Below are positions 12,699 to 24,900 of a stretch of 64,000 nucleotides of DNA, piece after piece (the first letter of the stretch is position 1; each line of letters opens with the position of its first letter). A program made the position numbers and the translations under genes. Location: NCBI GenBank assembly GCA_051362555.1, contig CM120640.1, positions 42,758,788 to 42,822,787 on the forward strand, given 5' to 3'. This DNA comes from Lingula anatina. Taxonomy: Eukaryota > Animalia > Brachiopoda. The notes below the pieces were generated by a model that searched no databases, was not told where the DNA came from, and saw only the letters and a list, made by a program, of their open reading frames with translations.

Positions 12699-15600
12699 AA
12701 TAAATAAATAAAAAACAAGTGCAGCTTAGAGATAACTTCAATATTTTTATGTCCAAAGTTGGGTACTTATAACACAGTATAACAAAGCTGTGCAATGCAT
12801 ATGATTGAACACAGTTGCACTGACCTCCCATTGAATGTCCAACAAATACAACTGGCCTACTACCAATACCAGCCTTCTCCAACTTTTGGTACAAATCCAT
12901 ACTCCTTGCCTGCAGTGACCTCCTTTGAAAAGAAAAGAAACTCACATATAAGAACAAGGTTTTTATTATAGCATATATTTGTCAAACAGTAAATTGGCCC
13001 ACGCAAATGAAAAATTTACAGGAAATCCAGAGCAGTTGCCAATAAAGCTAATGTTATCTTTTACTATAATGTTATGCCAGGATCAGGGGTTTTCCCAGGA
13101 TTGGGGGTACAGGCCATCCAAAATTACCACCTGAAATTTTGTAGGAAAGTCCAACTATGCCTATTTCCGAAATATCCATAAGCTGTCCAGCCGTCTTAGA
13201 AAATATAGGCCGTCCACTGATGCTGGCAGCTGTCCAAATGACGGCTGGACGGTTCATTGGGAAAACCCTTGTCCAGGATGCATTTTGAGGCGCCATCACT
13301 GCTGAATGGGAGTCCTAGAAATTCACTCCAAATTGTCCTAGAGAAATTGGCAATATTAAAGCTCTTTTTCCCCCTACCAAACTCTGAAGGTGCTAGATTT
13401 TAAAGATTTTTTTGGGAGCTGAGAAAATAATTAGTTTTTTTTAGTGCATCTCAGACACATAGACCAAAGCAAGGAATCTTTTAGTCTCTAAAATTACTAA
13501 CAATCATAACTCACTTTTCTGTTTCAAAGGGCCATTCTGCCCTCCACTCTGACAACATGGTGTCAAAATCTACAGCAACAATACGAATGTTTGGAAAATC
13601 TTCTGTCAGCCAATCCTTTGGCAAAGGAAAGGAATATTTTATTAGATATCAGATTATTATATTAGATTTTATCATTTTCAAGATAGCAACAAAATAGAAG
13701 TTTGGTGAATATAATTATGGCATAAAGGCACTTTCTGGAGAAAAAATTTACTTATTTACCATAAGTTCACATTTCTGAGAACCCCAAGAAAATTTCCAAT
13801 TACTTTTTACAGACAAAAAAAAAAAAAAATATATATATATGTATATATAAAAGTTAATATACAAACCTTTGGCCATGCATTACTGTACAAATTATGTGGC
13901 TTTACAGTTAAATTGGCCTCTTCTTGCTCAGTGGTTCTGGCTTTATCCACCTCTTCCTGCTGGGTGGTTTTGGCTTTATCAGCCTGTCTCCATGTTTTGA
14001 AAGCTCCTCCAAGCAAACCATGTACAAAAACAACATCTGCAAGCACTGGATCACTACAAGAAGCATGTAATAATCATGATGTATTGTCATTATAATTGAA
14101 ACAAAATTAAGGTGCTTAATGATCTTGTCAAAGCTTGAGATATTCATTTGTAAGACATAAACACCAATAAAGCAATTTTCCTCACATCTAAATAACCTGT
14201 GCATATATATTTCAATGGGAGAATATATTAAACATTATTACATATATAATGGCAATATGATAACAACCTCAGCCTGTCCTGCGGGTACAAAAGATAAATC
14301 CCATCTTCGTATTTCTGCCAACCAAAGTCTCTGTCCATATTTGCTAGTGCTCTAGCCGCATGACTTGACAGTTCCAAGTCATCAGTCTTCCGCCACTGAA
14401 CGAGTCTTCTGATCCAACCTAAACCACACAAAAGCAATTTCACAAATTTCATAATTTTTATCTTGAAAAGATGCATATACTACCATACTTGATGCAGAAA
14501 ATATAAATAATTATAATAATAATACATGTAATAATAATAATAAAATGGGAGAGAGAAGAAGAAACTGGTTTACCTAGGTGTGGCCCTTAAAGTAACAATG
14601 ACTATGATTGTCTTTATATCAAATAAAACATGCGTCATTCATGGGCTATCCAGAATATATTGAAATTAATAAAAAAATGTAAGTTCCCAAAGTCTTCGAA
14701 AAAAAATTGTTTTTTTTTTTTTAATTTTACCTCCTTTAACTAGGTATGGATGCAGATCGTCATGTAAGGCAATGTTACCAATCATCCTTGCAATGGTTCT
14801 TTGGATAGAAAGATTACTGTCTTCATCATAACTTATTTTCATAAACAGTTCCAGTCCATTGTGTTGTACTATGTCCCTACAATGGCTTGGTATCTAGGTA
14901 AGTAACAGAGCAATATAACATACAAAGCAGAATTTGTGTAAAAATGTTTATTTTGAAGAATGTAAGACCTAAAATCATCATCACTTCTGAACAAGAAAAA
15001 ATATATCTGGTTAAAAGACAATTTATATTTATAAATGTAAGATCAGTGTGTCATACAGCTCTTACTGCATTTTTTGTAGCAAATTGCCAACATACATTGT
15101 AACATGACATATACTAGTACTCTCACCATAGTATGATTAACTAAAGCTTGAAGAAAGAATGTTTCCAATTCTTGCACAGTTGGGAGTCTAATATAGCTCA
15201 GGTTTCCTCCGCCAAATGACCAAGGACCTTCCTAGAAAAAATGAAGTAGACCTTGTCTTAAATGTTTGTTATTTTCTAAAAAGTGACTTTCTGATGATTC
15301 TTTGTAGTAATTTTTAATAAAAATATCAAAGCATTAAAATTGTTTCTATGAAATATAAGCCCTTGTCTCTACAGGATCTCAAAATTAAACATGGTATTTT
15401 AAAAATTGAAGACCTAACTCCATTTTGAAGTGCAAAAGAATGGCTGAACAATGTGTAAGTGACCTCTTGTACTTTGAGATTTTACTGCAGGGAAACTTTC
15501 CTATACTAAATCAGGTTAATATAAGTCAAGCCATTTGCAGCAGTCTGATGAGAATGCTCTGTTCAGAAAACATGCATTTTTTATAATGAAATGATAATCA

Positions 15601-16933
15601 TTATTGTTGTAATCCCATTTTATGGAAAATGTTGGCTTTCACAGGTTTTTGCACCTAAATTACAATTAAAGTGAGCATCCATTTACCTTTTAGAGGTGAA
15701 CATCAGTCTAGCTTGTAAAGACCTTTATTTTACAGAAACCACATTAACTTCTGTGATATCCTCTTACCACATCATCAGCATCCACATTTTCATTTCTGTA
15801 GATACCCTTCTTTATTGCTTCATCTGTTATATACTGTGTACACATATCTATTCCATTTTTTGGCAAAGATTCCAGAAGCTTCATTAAAACTTCATATGAC
15901 CTTGTCTTGGAAAAAATGAATTAAATTACACGATATCTTTTTTACATTAACAAAATACAATTTTCTTGTACAAAGCAGTAATATAAGTGTGTGTTAATTT
16001 CCAGCCACGTATTTAGGTATGGAAATATCTACCTTAACAGTGACATAATTAAACACTTTAAAAAAGAGGTTGCTGGATGCAGAAGTCTAAAGCACTGTTT
16101 GTAGTCATGATCCATTATTATACAAATCTTTTACCCCAGAGACAACCATCCATGGTGGGCCTAAGAAGAACCTCAGGTCTACATTATGTGCCCTGGCTAA
16201 GCCTATGGAGGTTCTGGCATCAGCAAACTGAGCTATATCATTGCACTCATAGTCTGAAATGTAACTTGGTCAGTTCAACAAGAGTATTATATCTTTTGTT
16301 AATGTTATGAACCTGTAGTAATGCCATCTCTAGATCATATTCATACAGGTAAAAAACGAAGCATTTACTTAAACATGCTAAGGAAATGTCCTTACCTGGC
16401 AAATGGTGGTGCTTGGCTAGAGTCCTAACAGCCAACAACCGCTTGCTTTGGTCATTTGACTTGGTAAGTTTTAAGAGATGGTATGGGTTATTGCTAATTA
16501 TGTCTCGCCATAAAAACAAGTCACCTGTAAATACAAGTATGGGACACAACATGTTTTAACCATTTTACTAAATCATGATCTTTTCTTGTTCTCATTTAAA
16601 GAGGATTCAACTGTTTATTTCAGAATTATGCACAGGAGAGGTTAGGCAAAACCAACATCAGTTTCTTTAAAGCTAAGCAGTGTGAGTACAGTAGCATGTA
16701 CTGCACTACAGCAAAAAAAATCTTTTAATAAAAACACTCAATTAAGAAAAATACCGATACAATAAATGTCTTTTTTTAATCAGTTACCATTCTCAAGCAC
16801 AAACTCCATGAAAATTTAAACAAAATTTACCAAGTTTGCTTTCAATATCTTTTAAGCTGAAGGGTTTTTTGTCATCATCTGTCCCTGTAAAGAGAAATAC
16901 TAAAATGAGAAAGAATAAACTTGTAAATTATGA

Positions 16934-16964
<31 letters not shown>

Positions 16965-18245
16965 AAAAAAACAAATAAAACATTTGTCTTTGCGCTTGTC
17001 TGAATAAAACTAAAACTGTTTTCTGAAAAGATGCTACATTTTTGTTAAAATAAGATTGATTTTTTATTATTAATTTAAATAAGGGAAGGGACTGATCATC
17101 ACTTTTACCATTTGCATCTTTTGTTTTTAACTTGATATATGGCTTTTTCTTCTTCTCGGTTTCAAACACTTCTGTTGTTACACGTAACTTCCTTCCAATG
17201 TCGAATATAAGATAGCTGAAAGTATGAACAAAACGCAATGATAATGCCTTTCAAAACTGAATAATAACTGCACTTGGATACTCTAGGTAAAAAGTGGAAC
17301 AAAAATGGAAACCACATCAGTATCTATCAGCTACAAAGTGCACTCCACAGACCAACTACTAAGTGGAAAGCAAAGAAAATCTGCTGCCATTTTCTTTCCT
17401 TTTTTGTAAAGAGTCCAAATACTCATTACTTTGACAGAAATCAAATATAAAAACATAGTAAAAAAAAACTAAAAAAAATGATGAAAGCAACTTACGTAGT
17501 AACTGCTATAAACCCAACAAATCCTGTCACTGCACATGTTCCAGCAACTAAAAAATTACAAAACCTGACAAAAACTGTCACAACACAAGTTACATCAACT
17601 CAAAAATAACAATCTTCTAACTTTAAAAACAACTGATAAGAATTATATTTTATTTCATAGTATGTTCAATAAACTTTAAGTTATTACAAAACAGTGCCAG
17701 TTAATAGAAAATGGTATAGTGCATCCAAGTACACAAGTAAATGTAGTTTCATTCAGACTTAATCAACTCTTGGATAGGAATGTTATTGTACCACCTAAAA
17801 GCTCATATGTTCAAAAATAAAGAAAACTTGAGTAAATTTTATTCTTAAAAATTCATAACTTTGCATTAGACTTTTCTACATCAAATGTACAATGGTTTAA
17901 AGACCCATTGGACTAGAAATTACTGTATGAGAGATATTCTGGTTTGACAGCATAGGAAGAGTAATTTTTTCTCATTGTTGTCTAATGGCAACTGTCACTG
18001 ACTTTTAAAATGCAACTTCAGTAAATAGGCACATTTGACATTGGTACTAAGATACGGTGTGTTCATGTATCTATACTACATGTACTAGTACCATCCTGGC
18101 AAATCTACAGCACAATGTACTTCCAAATCTGTGCAACTTCAATCTTTAAAAATATAAATACTATTTGTGTTTTCTAACACAAATTATGTTTACCATACCT
18201 ATTTTTCCATGTTTCCACTTGGCCATAAGTCTCCAAATCTGACAT
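11698..18245 (-). CDS. SERAC1: Serine active site-containing protein 1 (multi-exon; start at 18245 or 18226)
   Basis: N-terminal TM segment, then GLARAHNVDLRFFL, AARALANMD, ADVVFVHGLLGGAFKTWRQ, WPKDWL, the lipase motif VGHSMGG, IFYSTPHFGA and DHLNICKP. Last exon 11888-11698 ends in TAA. A non-coding first exon ends at ~18775. Confidence 0.93.
11897..11950. repeat. (AAT)n microsatellite in a SERAC1 intron
   Basis: Read directly. A second (AAT)n/(AAAT)n tract lies at ~12657-12712. Confidence 0.95.
13084..13271. mobile_element. hAT-type MITE in a SERAC1 intron
   Basis: TIRs CAGGGGTTTTCCCA / TGGGAAAACCCTTG, flanked by an 8-bp TSD GCCAGGAT / TCCAGGAT (7/8 match). Confidence 0.85.
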
Positions 18246-18459
18246 CGGTTTGACTAACAATGGCAACAATCTGTGGATGAAAAGGGTTTGCAAATGTATA
18301 ATGGCAATGAACATTAGATAAAACCGCCTTGGTGAAACTGAATATCAGGTTTCACATTAGATCAACGAGCTTAATGCAACCCCTTTATTTCTAAAGAGTA
18401 GTGACTTCTAATCCCTGTACTAAAATCGAAAAATAAGAAGTGTAGATCTAGTTTAAAGG

Positions 18460-18567
18460 TAGCACGAAAATTCATGCGTAAGCACTCCTATTGACGATTC
18501 TGATATGTACTATCTGTGCTACAGTACATATCAGAATCGTCAATATAACGCATGAATTTTCGTGCTA
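18460..18567. repeat. 108-bp near-perfect palindrome (probable collapsed MITE) in SERAC1 intron 1, upstream of TBCK
   Basis: Outer arms TAGCACGAAAATTCATGCGT / ACGCATGAATTTTCGTGCTA and inner arms TATTGACGATTCTGATATGTACT / AGTACATATCAGAATCGTCAATA are exact inverted repeats. Confidence 0.9.
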
Positions 18568-18774
18568 GTTAAAAGGCAGTAAAACAGGGGAAAACGTGCA
18601 GACGACGCCTGCTAAACCGTGGTTTTTAATGAGCGCAGCCAATGTTGTGTTGGCTTGCCATATTAAGGTCCATAATAATGAGCTAAAGTTAAGTTAAATT
18701 AATTCCTGAATTTATCCCAAAGGTCAAAATTAATTTTTTTCAATCTAAATTTATTTTGCACATTTTAAACTTAC

Positions 18775-18977
18775 CTCTTTTCGGCGAATGGACCCTTAAA
18801 AGTGACCTCACGATGAGCCAATCAAAAATCTATTTCTATCTTTTATTGGAATGAGTGGCGACTTTTTATTGGCTTTGCTATCAGAAGTACAGATGCAATT
18901 GTTTTCCCATTGTGCATTGTGGAAAAAGACGGAAGCGACAGTATGAGAACAAGTTAACTTTAGAATGGACTGAAAAA
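18775..18977. promoter_or_regulatory. Bidirectional promoter SERAC1/TBCK
   Basis: The SERAC1 5' exon donor at ~18774 and the TBCK ATG at 18978 are ~200 bp apart. CCAAT boxes occur on both strands (AGCCAATC ~18816, ATTGGC ~18868), plus TGACCTCA. Confidence 0.6.
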
Positions 18978-21900
18978 ATGGGGGTGATATCAGAGTGTAT
19001 GGACAATGCTGAATTGTCTGTGATCACATTTGCAGCAGCGAGCCACCCTAATGATCAATGTGGTGCGAATGGACTGCCCCTAACTCCTAACTCTATACGA
19101 ATACTTGGTCTGTTTCAGAAGGTGAAGTCTCAAAAACATCCAAGGCTTTGTAGATACATTGATATTGAAAGAGGCAAACACGGTAGGCGAAATACTCTTT
19201 TAATCTTCATTAGTAGAATTTACACTGTGCAATGATTTATATTGTTTGGACAAATTCAGGTTGATTTTGATTGAAATTCAGAGATATTCATAATTAATTT
19301 TTGGAAAAAAGTAACAATTACATTCATGTTGTATGATAACTGTCACAATAAAAATATTACTGCACTTAACTGACAAATTCTGACTTTGAATAATGGTATT
19401 TGTGTTTATTGTTTGTTTGTTTGTTACTAGTATACTTATATCTTTCATTATCATACTTGTATCTTTCTCCAAAGTTCTTTTTGTTTTACATGTACGTGCA
19501 ACACAGGTGAGGCCTCATTCCACCCTGTGGTACAAACTCTTGAGGCTTTATGTGACAAATGGATTAGGGAAGTGGTAGTGCTGGCATGTGTGAGTGCCTG
19601 GATGTTTTATTCATCCAAGATAGCATGAAAGAAGTCTAGAACATCATCAAACTGGTGTGTGAACTTATGCAAAAAAATTTTAAAGCAAATTGTGTACTAC
19701 ATGTACAAGGTGCAGAGGAGGACAGTATTTTTGCTAGGATGGGGAAATTTTTAGTCTAGAGAGTTTGTTATACAGGATGGAGTGAAGCCTTACTTACAGT
19801 AAGTACCCAAAATGTAAGGTTGAATACTGATGCAGGCGTATCTTATGTTTTTTCTTTTTCTTTTTTCCTGTCTTTAGAGAGGCTAATGGTTGTGTCTGAA
19901 TTTCACCAAAGAAATTTGAAGAAAGATGCCAGAACTTTTAAGGGAGAGAGGTAGGTATAGATCTTTTGATTCAATGCCACATATCTTGACTTCACTTGGA
20001 AACAGGGATTGGCAGCTCATTTTATTGCTACACAATGGTATTGCTAGTAGAAGCTATTGGATGTCTAATAGCTTGTTTTTTACCTGAGAGTTTGCATGAA
20101 CAGCACTACTAAAGACTCAGATATTTCACTTGGAACAGTAATGTCAATTGATTACCTCTCTTTATCTCATTAATCCCAGCAGGCATTAAAATGAGCAAAA
20201 TGTGACAACAAATGATCCAATATTATTATTTTATTCATTTAGGGCCTATAACATTGCTCACAGTGCCCATTGTCCTTTAAATATTGATTAGTGCATTTTT
20301 AAATGATTTAAGTATAGTCAACTTTATATTTGCAGTGAAAAATTATTAACTGTGGCTTATGAAGTCCTTGAGGGCCTAAGCCACCTGAATGACCAGGGCA
20401 TTGTACACAGGAGCCTGACCCCCGAGTGTATCCAGTTTGATAAACAGGTATTTTCCTATATGAGAAGAAAATGCATCTAAATGGCACATAAAAAAACTAG
20501 GTTGCATTTTTTTTTATTGTTAAAACTACATTTCTTTTCAAAATTACCAGAAATCAAATACCCTAGGCTAAGATTCAGACACTTACTGACAATCTCTTTG
20601 ACCTTTTGAAGGCTGTATACCATGCATAGTGGGAGAAATGGGACAAGGTTACGAAAAAATATATATCAGACAGTATGAAGCTGACCCTCCAGCTAAAAAA
20701 TGCAATGCATACTTGTTTTGGAATCTTTTTCTTTCAATTTGTTACTGAACTTTTTAATAATTCAGGGGCATGTGAAACTAGCAGGATATGGTTTATATCA
20801 TATGACAGATCAAGGAACAAGTGTTGCTTTTCCTATTGGGTAGGTGTACTCAAAGAATTAACATAATTATGTTATAAGGTGTGATCTACATGGTTTACTT
20901 TTGATCAAACATTGATGTAAAGATACAAATAGAGAACAATTATAATATTAGATTGTTCAACGTAAATTTGCAAGCGTCTTAATTAGTAAGTCACAGAAAG
21001 ATTTGGAAGGCGTTTTGTTGTATTAATACCTTTAATGATATTATATACCAATCAAAAGAAACATAAATTGCTTGTTCATAGCTTGCTCATCTTAATCTAC
21101 AGATCTCCTGCTTATTTGTCTCCTGAAGTCCTGGCTCATGGACCTAGCCTGATTAAGGAACACGGTTTTACTGAATCTGTCCCCAAACCTTATTCAAGCC
21201 CCAAGTGTGATGTCTGGTCTCTAGGAATTATCCTCCTTGAAACATTTTTTGTATGTTTTTAATTTATTATTTAGGAATCAAAGTTTGTTTGAAGATTAAC
21301 AAAGAACATTTGTTATTATATAAGGCTTTATTTAACTGATGATTGACTATGTTGAAATCATTTAACTGGTAGTTAACAGTTTCATATTATTTTACATATA
21401 ATTTGCCATATTAAAGACTAATGATGTAATTTTGACCTGTAATTTTGGATTATCTTTTTAAGTGAAAAACAAAAATGCAGGTAGTGCTGGGTTTTTAGGT
21501 TTTATATGATCAATATTCACTGATCTGAAACTATAGTTATAATATTTTATACCATTTGCTGAAATTTTATTTCCTCATTTAGGGTATTCGACTGTGGTAC
21601 CAAAAAAGTCTAAGTGAACTGTTGAAGAAAACCCTTGAATTTACCAAGTCAGGTATGCATTTTTTCTGTTATCAAGTATTGTGGCAATGTAGATGCCCAC
21701 ACTGCATATATATCACCAAATTGTATTGATCTTAACAATGACTGTTTTTAAGATTGAATTGAACTGATTGTAGATTTTAAGGGCCATTTGATTTCTTTGT
21801 TCAGATGTGGAGCCATTCAAGCACATAATAGATGAACACAATCTTGGACTGAAATTACAATCAATGCCTCAAAATCTCCAGGATTTTATACAAAATTGTC

Positions 21901-24900
21901 TGACAGGATCTGTTTCCAAAAGGTGAATTCATATGTGCAGATATTTATTCCTTTTCCTTTTTGTCTAATTATTCATTTTTTGTATAAATTTGAATAAAAA
22001 TAAAAAATTAGGAAAAATTTACTCCAAACAACTGGTAAATCTTGTATTGTAGGAGAAGCTGATTTAAACATTGCTTATTTACAGTAGATAGGGAAAGCAA
22101 TTACAATTTGAACAGATATAGTAATATCACAACGTCGGATAAGAGTACCAGAAAAGTCTTAAGTGTACTGGTCATGATAACTTGAAGAAAACTTGAAATT
22201 TGTTACTTCCCTCTTTTTTAGATCAAGTCCAAAGCAGTTGCTGCAGCATCAAGTTTTTCGCAGACACCAAAATGTAATCAAGGTAAGTAATATTTTTTTA
22301 ACTTACTGGTCCACATCTTTATGATCAGTGCTCACATATGAACTATATTCAGATTATACAGGATTCCTCTGATAAATACGAAATAAAAACTTGATGTTGT
22401 TACTTATGTTTCAGAATTATCTTTGTTTATTTTAGACACCCTACATCGATTTATTGTACCCATTCTCTGCCAAACTGAGATGTGAAGAATTAGAAATGCC
22501 AAAAGAAGGAGATTTCGAGGATGGTATATATCATATTACCATTTGCTAACAGTGACTACGTCAGTGTAATTCTACTGAAGTAAAAGAGGCATTAGAATTA
22601 TGAATAGACATTATTTTTAATCTTTGTAAAATATATATGATTCAAAATTATGATGCTTCTTTAATTCACCTTTGTGCATAGTTTGTAATTGTTAAAATGT
22701 TTTATATTACCTAAAGAGCATGAAGAACCAATACGTAGGCGCCCCTTAGAAGAAGTATACTATTTGTGGCAAAGGGCTGGTGGAGATCTTGAATCAATTC
22801 TCAGAAAGGCAGAGTTGTTGAAAGCAAAGCCACCTGTTACCATTTTGCCTCAGTAAGTTTTTAAGTTGTGTTACTATAATACTTAGTGAAAGTTTTTTTT
22901 TTTGACCTCTTATAAGCACATTCAAAACAGCAGACTAACAGATTCTGAATGCGCTGTGTCTTTTAAGATACCAGAACAATTATATGTCATCAATTTGAGT
23001 GCATACTTACATTATAAGAAAGAATTTAAATGTAAAACTGAACTGAATTTAGTTCATACCACATACTTAAGTAGTCTATATTTTTGTCCCAAAGCTTTGT
23101 GATTGAAGATGGCGAGACTTTTGGTCAGTCTCGAGACAGCTCTGACTTGCTAGATGAAACTGTCATATTGCTAAATTTGGATCAACTTAGACAGGTAACT
23201 GGTGATATTATGATATGTAGTATTGACATGCAAATAATATTGTGAAGGCACATTGTTTTTTTTCACATAACATCTCAATTTATCATTTTCTCTACTTTTT
23301 ATTGATTTGATGAAAACAGTTGTTTGCTACATACACACCACTTTGTTTTACCATGCCATTAAAAGATTGACTTCAATTTGATGTGTATTTAATTTACATG
23401 GTATTTGTGATCTTCAGAGTGTTTTAAAACTTCCTATTTCCAGAGATTGAAGGATATCCCAGAAGAAGCTTATTATCCCCTTCTTGAGGATGAGTAAGTT
23501 GTAGTTTTAAAATTCTGTGTTTGTTATATTAAAAAAGTTATATATTTTATACTTATCATTTTTTATACAAATCAAATCATTATATTTTATCTGGATTTTA
23601 TCTCTTATAGTATTTATATTTTCACCTATTTCCCACCAAAATCTGTGTCATCTCCTGATATTCTATAGGAAATATCTTCAATAAAAATGGTTTATCAGTA
23701 TTTCAAGTATTACCAGTATGAGCATTATTAAGTGCAAAATTATACATACCTGTAGAAACAGCATACAAGGCAATATGCAAGCAGGACCAGAGCAGAATTC
23801 AGAGGAAACATCTGAGACATCAAGACTGCCATTAGTCATCAAAGAAAAAGATGTTGAATATCAAGTATGTTTAACCTAGTAATAAAAGTAATTGATTTTA
23901 AATGGCATCACAGAGTATAGTTATAAATTACTAATTTCATGAAATGAACATGCCAGATATAAGCAATATAATAGAATTGACATGTCACCACTCACCACAC
24001 AGCAACCTGATCCTTTAACTTCTTATTGCTTACTGAAATGAAGTTGTTATCCCATGAATACTATTTACCATATAAAATATTTCTGGAGTGAACACATCTT
24101 TTATTAATTTGATTAGTAACAGAAGCCCATATTGCTTAGATCAACAAAACACAACACTGTTGCTTATTGGAAATGATTTCATTTCTGTATATTCTTTTCT
24201 CTAGTTTCACAGGATAATATTGTTCAGCAGGCTGTTGAAAGGCTACCCGTTCAAGCGACCTCACCTACTAAAGGAAGCTAGGGTGGATATCCCACCTCTA
24301 GTCAGAGGACATGTCTGGGCTGCACTTTTGGAAGTCGAGGTATATTTTTCATATTGAACCCAGTTAGTTCAAGAAAATACTACAACAAAACAATGTGCAC
24401 CAATACTTGTTAATATATTGAAGACACTCATTATTTTGTACTTTCTAATTAGATATTGCTAATTTATGATGAAAAATTTGTATTTGGTCTTCTTCTGATC
24501 TGTAGCCATATGGTACATTTAGAATTTTTTTTTTTCATTAGATTAGAATTTATGCATATTAAAAGACAAAAAAGGTCAATGATATTCACCAAACGCATGA
24601 GTGTCATGTAATCATCCAACTGTCCCTGTTGACAATTACAAAGTCTTATTCTTTAGGGAGATGTCCAAGAACAGTATGATAGAATAGATAAGGAGACCCC
24701 AACTGCTACTGACCGTCAAATTGAAGTGGACATTCCAAGGTGTCATCAGTACAACGAGCTGCTCTCTTCTCCAGCAGGCCATGCTAAACTAAAGAGAATC
24801 TTAAAAGCATGGGTCATTTCAAACCCACAGTATGTGTACTGGCAAGGGCTGGACTCCCTTTGTGCTCCATTCCTTTATCTGAATTTTAATGATGAAGGTA

